DNA of 64,000 nt from Pelagibacteraceae bacterium AG-365-D07 (GTDB lineage: Bacteria; Pseudomonadota; Alphaproteobacteria; Pelagibacterales; Pelagibacteraceae). Below, one piece after another: positions 62,492-64,000 of this stretch. Location: NCBI GenBank assembly GCA_003280005.1, contig QCGH01000006.1, forward strand, positions 1,045 through 65,044, given 5' to 3'. The position numbers were made by a program, and so were the translations under genes. Each line of letters starts with the position of its first letter. The first letter of the stretch is position 1. A model generated the notes under the pieces. It did no database searches. It was not told the DNA's origin and saw nothing but the letters and a program-made list of their open reading frames with translations.

Positions 62492-62794
62492 TTATTTTTT
62501 CTTCTTTTTATACATTTGCAACATTCTTTGGGTAACAAGAAAGCCACCAAAAATATTAACTGCAGCTAAAATTATAGCTAGAAAACCAAAAATATTCGAT
62601 TTTTCAAAAATATTTTCTGAGGAACCTGCTAACGCTGCAATAATTGCTCCAACTATTATTACAGACGAAATTGCATTTGTAACTGACATAAGTGGAGTAT
62701 GCAGTGAAGGTGTTACACTCCAAACAACATAATAACCAACAAAAATTGATAATATAAAAATACTTAATCTAAATATAAAAGGATCTATTTCCAT
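62492..62794 (-). CDS. NAD(P) transhydrogenase subunit alpha part 2
   Basis: LHTPLMSVTNAISS, NIFGGFLVTQRML. Confidence 0.96.
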   Translation of the reverse strand: MEIDPFIFRLSIFILSIFVGYYVVWSVTPSLHTPLMSVTNAISSVIIVGAIIAALAGSSENIFEKSNIFGFLAIILAAVNIFGGFLVTQRMLQMYKKKKK

Positions 62795-63882
62795 TATTTT
62801 ATCCTAGTTTTTTCAATAATTTCATCATCTGAATTAATTTTAAAGTTATTTTTTTCTTTGTCATACAGGTTGCTAACAAAATTAAATATATTTTTAGCAT
62901 ATAAATTTGATGAGGAAACAGGTAACTTATTTAATATATTTCTTTCACCCATAATTTTTACACCTTTGTTATTTATTATCTCATCTACTTTTGTCAATTC
63001 GGAATTTCCTCCCTGTGAAGCTGCTAAATCATATATAATGGAACCACTTTGCATTATATCTATCATCTCTTTTTTAATTATAATTGGTGCTTTTTTTCCA
63101 GGAATTAATGCTGTACAAATAACAATATCAATTTTTTTTAGCGTTTCCTTAATTAAATCTTCTTGTTTTTTTTTAAAATCATCAGAAGCTTCTTTAGCGT
63201 ATCCACTTTCTGTTTCCAAATTTTCGGACCCTTCAATTGTTAAAAATTTACCACCTAAACTTTCAACTTGCTCTTTTGAAGCTAATCTCACATCGGTTGC
63301 GTAAACTATTGCTCCCATTCTTTTTGCTGTTGCAATTGCTTGTAAGCCAGCAACTCCAGCTCCAACAATCAATACTTTGGCAGCTGATATTGTTCCTGCT
63401 GCTGTCATCATCATTGGAATTGCTTTTTGAAAGTATGCAAATGAATCGACAACTGCTTTATATCCAGCTAAATTTGCTTGGGAGGATAATATATCCATAG
63501 ATTGAGCTCTTGTAATTCTTGGCAACAATTCCAGGGAAAAACAATTTACATTTTTGTTGGATATATCCTTTAACTTATTTTCATTCATGTATTTATTTAA
63601 TACGCCTATTAAAATCTGATCTTTTTTTAGTTTGCTCAGAATTTCATCACTTGGGATATTCATTTGTAATAAAGCATCAGAATTTGAAAGAACTTCATCT
63701 TCACTTTTAAAAATTTTAGCTCCCTCTGCTTCATATATCTCATCTTCAAAACCCAAATGTAAAGCATAGTCCTTACTTATACATACATCTAGACCTAGCG
63801 ATTTATATTTTTTGATAATTTCTGGAGTTATAGCAACTCTTTTTTCTAATTTTCTATCTTCGCTAATTGAACCAATTTTCAT
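62794..63882 (-). CDS. NAD(P) transhydrogenase subunit alpha part 1
   Basis: EKRVAITP, RITRAQSMDILSSQ, GAGVAGLQA, TALIPG. Confidence 0.96.
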   Translation of the reverse strand: MKIGSISEDRKLEKRVAITPEIIKKYKSLGLDVCISKDYALHLGFEDEIYEAEGAKIFKSEDEVLSNSDALLQMNIPSDEILSKLKKDQILIGVLNKYMNENKLKDISNKNVNCFSLELLPRITRAQSMDILSSQANLAGYKAVVDSFAYFQKAIPMMMTAAGTISAAKVLIVGAGVAGLQAIATAKRMGAIVYATDVRLASKEQVESLGGKFLTIEGSENLETESGYAKEASDDFKKKQEDLIKETLKKIDIVICTALIPGKKAPIIIKKEMIDIMQSGSIIYDLAASQGGNSELTKVDEIINNKGVKIMGERNILNKLPVSSSNLYAKNIFNFVSNLYDKEKNNFKINSDDEIIEKTRIK

Positions 63883-63993
63883 TTATAAAAGAAAAATTGC
63901 CATTAAGATTAATACTATTACTACTGCAACAGATCCCCATAGTACAAACTTTGTAAAATTATCCCAAGTTTTTTTATGGCTATCATTATCCAT
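63883..63993 (-). CDS. aa3-type cytochrome c oxidase subunit IV-like small membrane protein (36 aa)
   Basis: Not in the ORF track. MDNDSHKKTWDNFTKFVLWGSVAVVIVLILMAIFLL has the H..TW..F plus single TM pattern, and its stop abuts the pntA start. Confidence 0.75.
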   Translation of the reverse strand: MDNDSHKKTWDNFTKFVLWGSVAVVIVLILMAIFLL

Positions 63994-64000
63994 AAATTTA

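Noticed and set aside
61095-63882. pntA split into two ORFs as a possible frameshift
   Set aside because: The three-gene alpha1/alpha2/beta arrangement is normal in alphaproteobacteria, and both parts have proper starts and stops
1-64000. CRISPR arrays, IS elements, integrases, prophage genes, defence systems, riboswitches, rRNA
   Set aside because: No repeat-spacer periodicity, terminal inverted repeats or matching protein motifs seen by eye, and spacers are mostly too short. A covariance-model scan was not possible.

Overview
Very AT-rich, densely packed alphaproteobacterial chromosome segment. Gene content, synteny, the permuted tmRNA and the tiny intergenic spacers point to Pelagibacterales (SAR11, inferred). 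Bases ~1-16,200 are an accessory cell-surface/glycan-modification region interleaved with thyX and a two-piece tmRNA, ending at tRNA-Leu(GAG). It holds three paralogous PQQ-type beta-propellers, FkbM and class I methyltransferases, a sulfotransferase, a GMC oxidoreductase with an unannotated 50-aa partner, a GT2 plus GT-C-like pair, a ColD-like dehydratase and an AT3-SGNH acyltransferase. Bases ~16,400-64,000 are core genome: nadA/nadC, ppdK, glyQS, isoprenoid genes, aroC, rpoH, purA, glmM-folP-ftsH-tilS-tol/pal, tkt-gap-pgk-fba, efp, rpmE, rpsU, tRNA-fMet, tal and pntAB. I saw no integrase, transposase, CRISPR array or rRNA. Most notable: a probable AUU-initiated, strong-SD rpsU in an otherwise SD-poor region with leaderless-looking genes; three PQQ-propeller paralogs lacking the canonical catalytic His; a Tat-like microprotein coupled to a GMC enzyme; an NADP-signature GAPDH; a MOC1/phage-like resolvase at the ruvCAB position; and two homopolymer frameshifts (tilS, cpoB). 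All calls come from reading motifs and synteny; no database searches were run.
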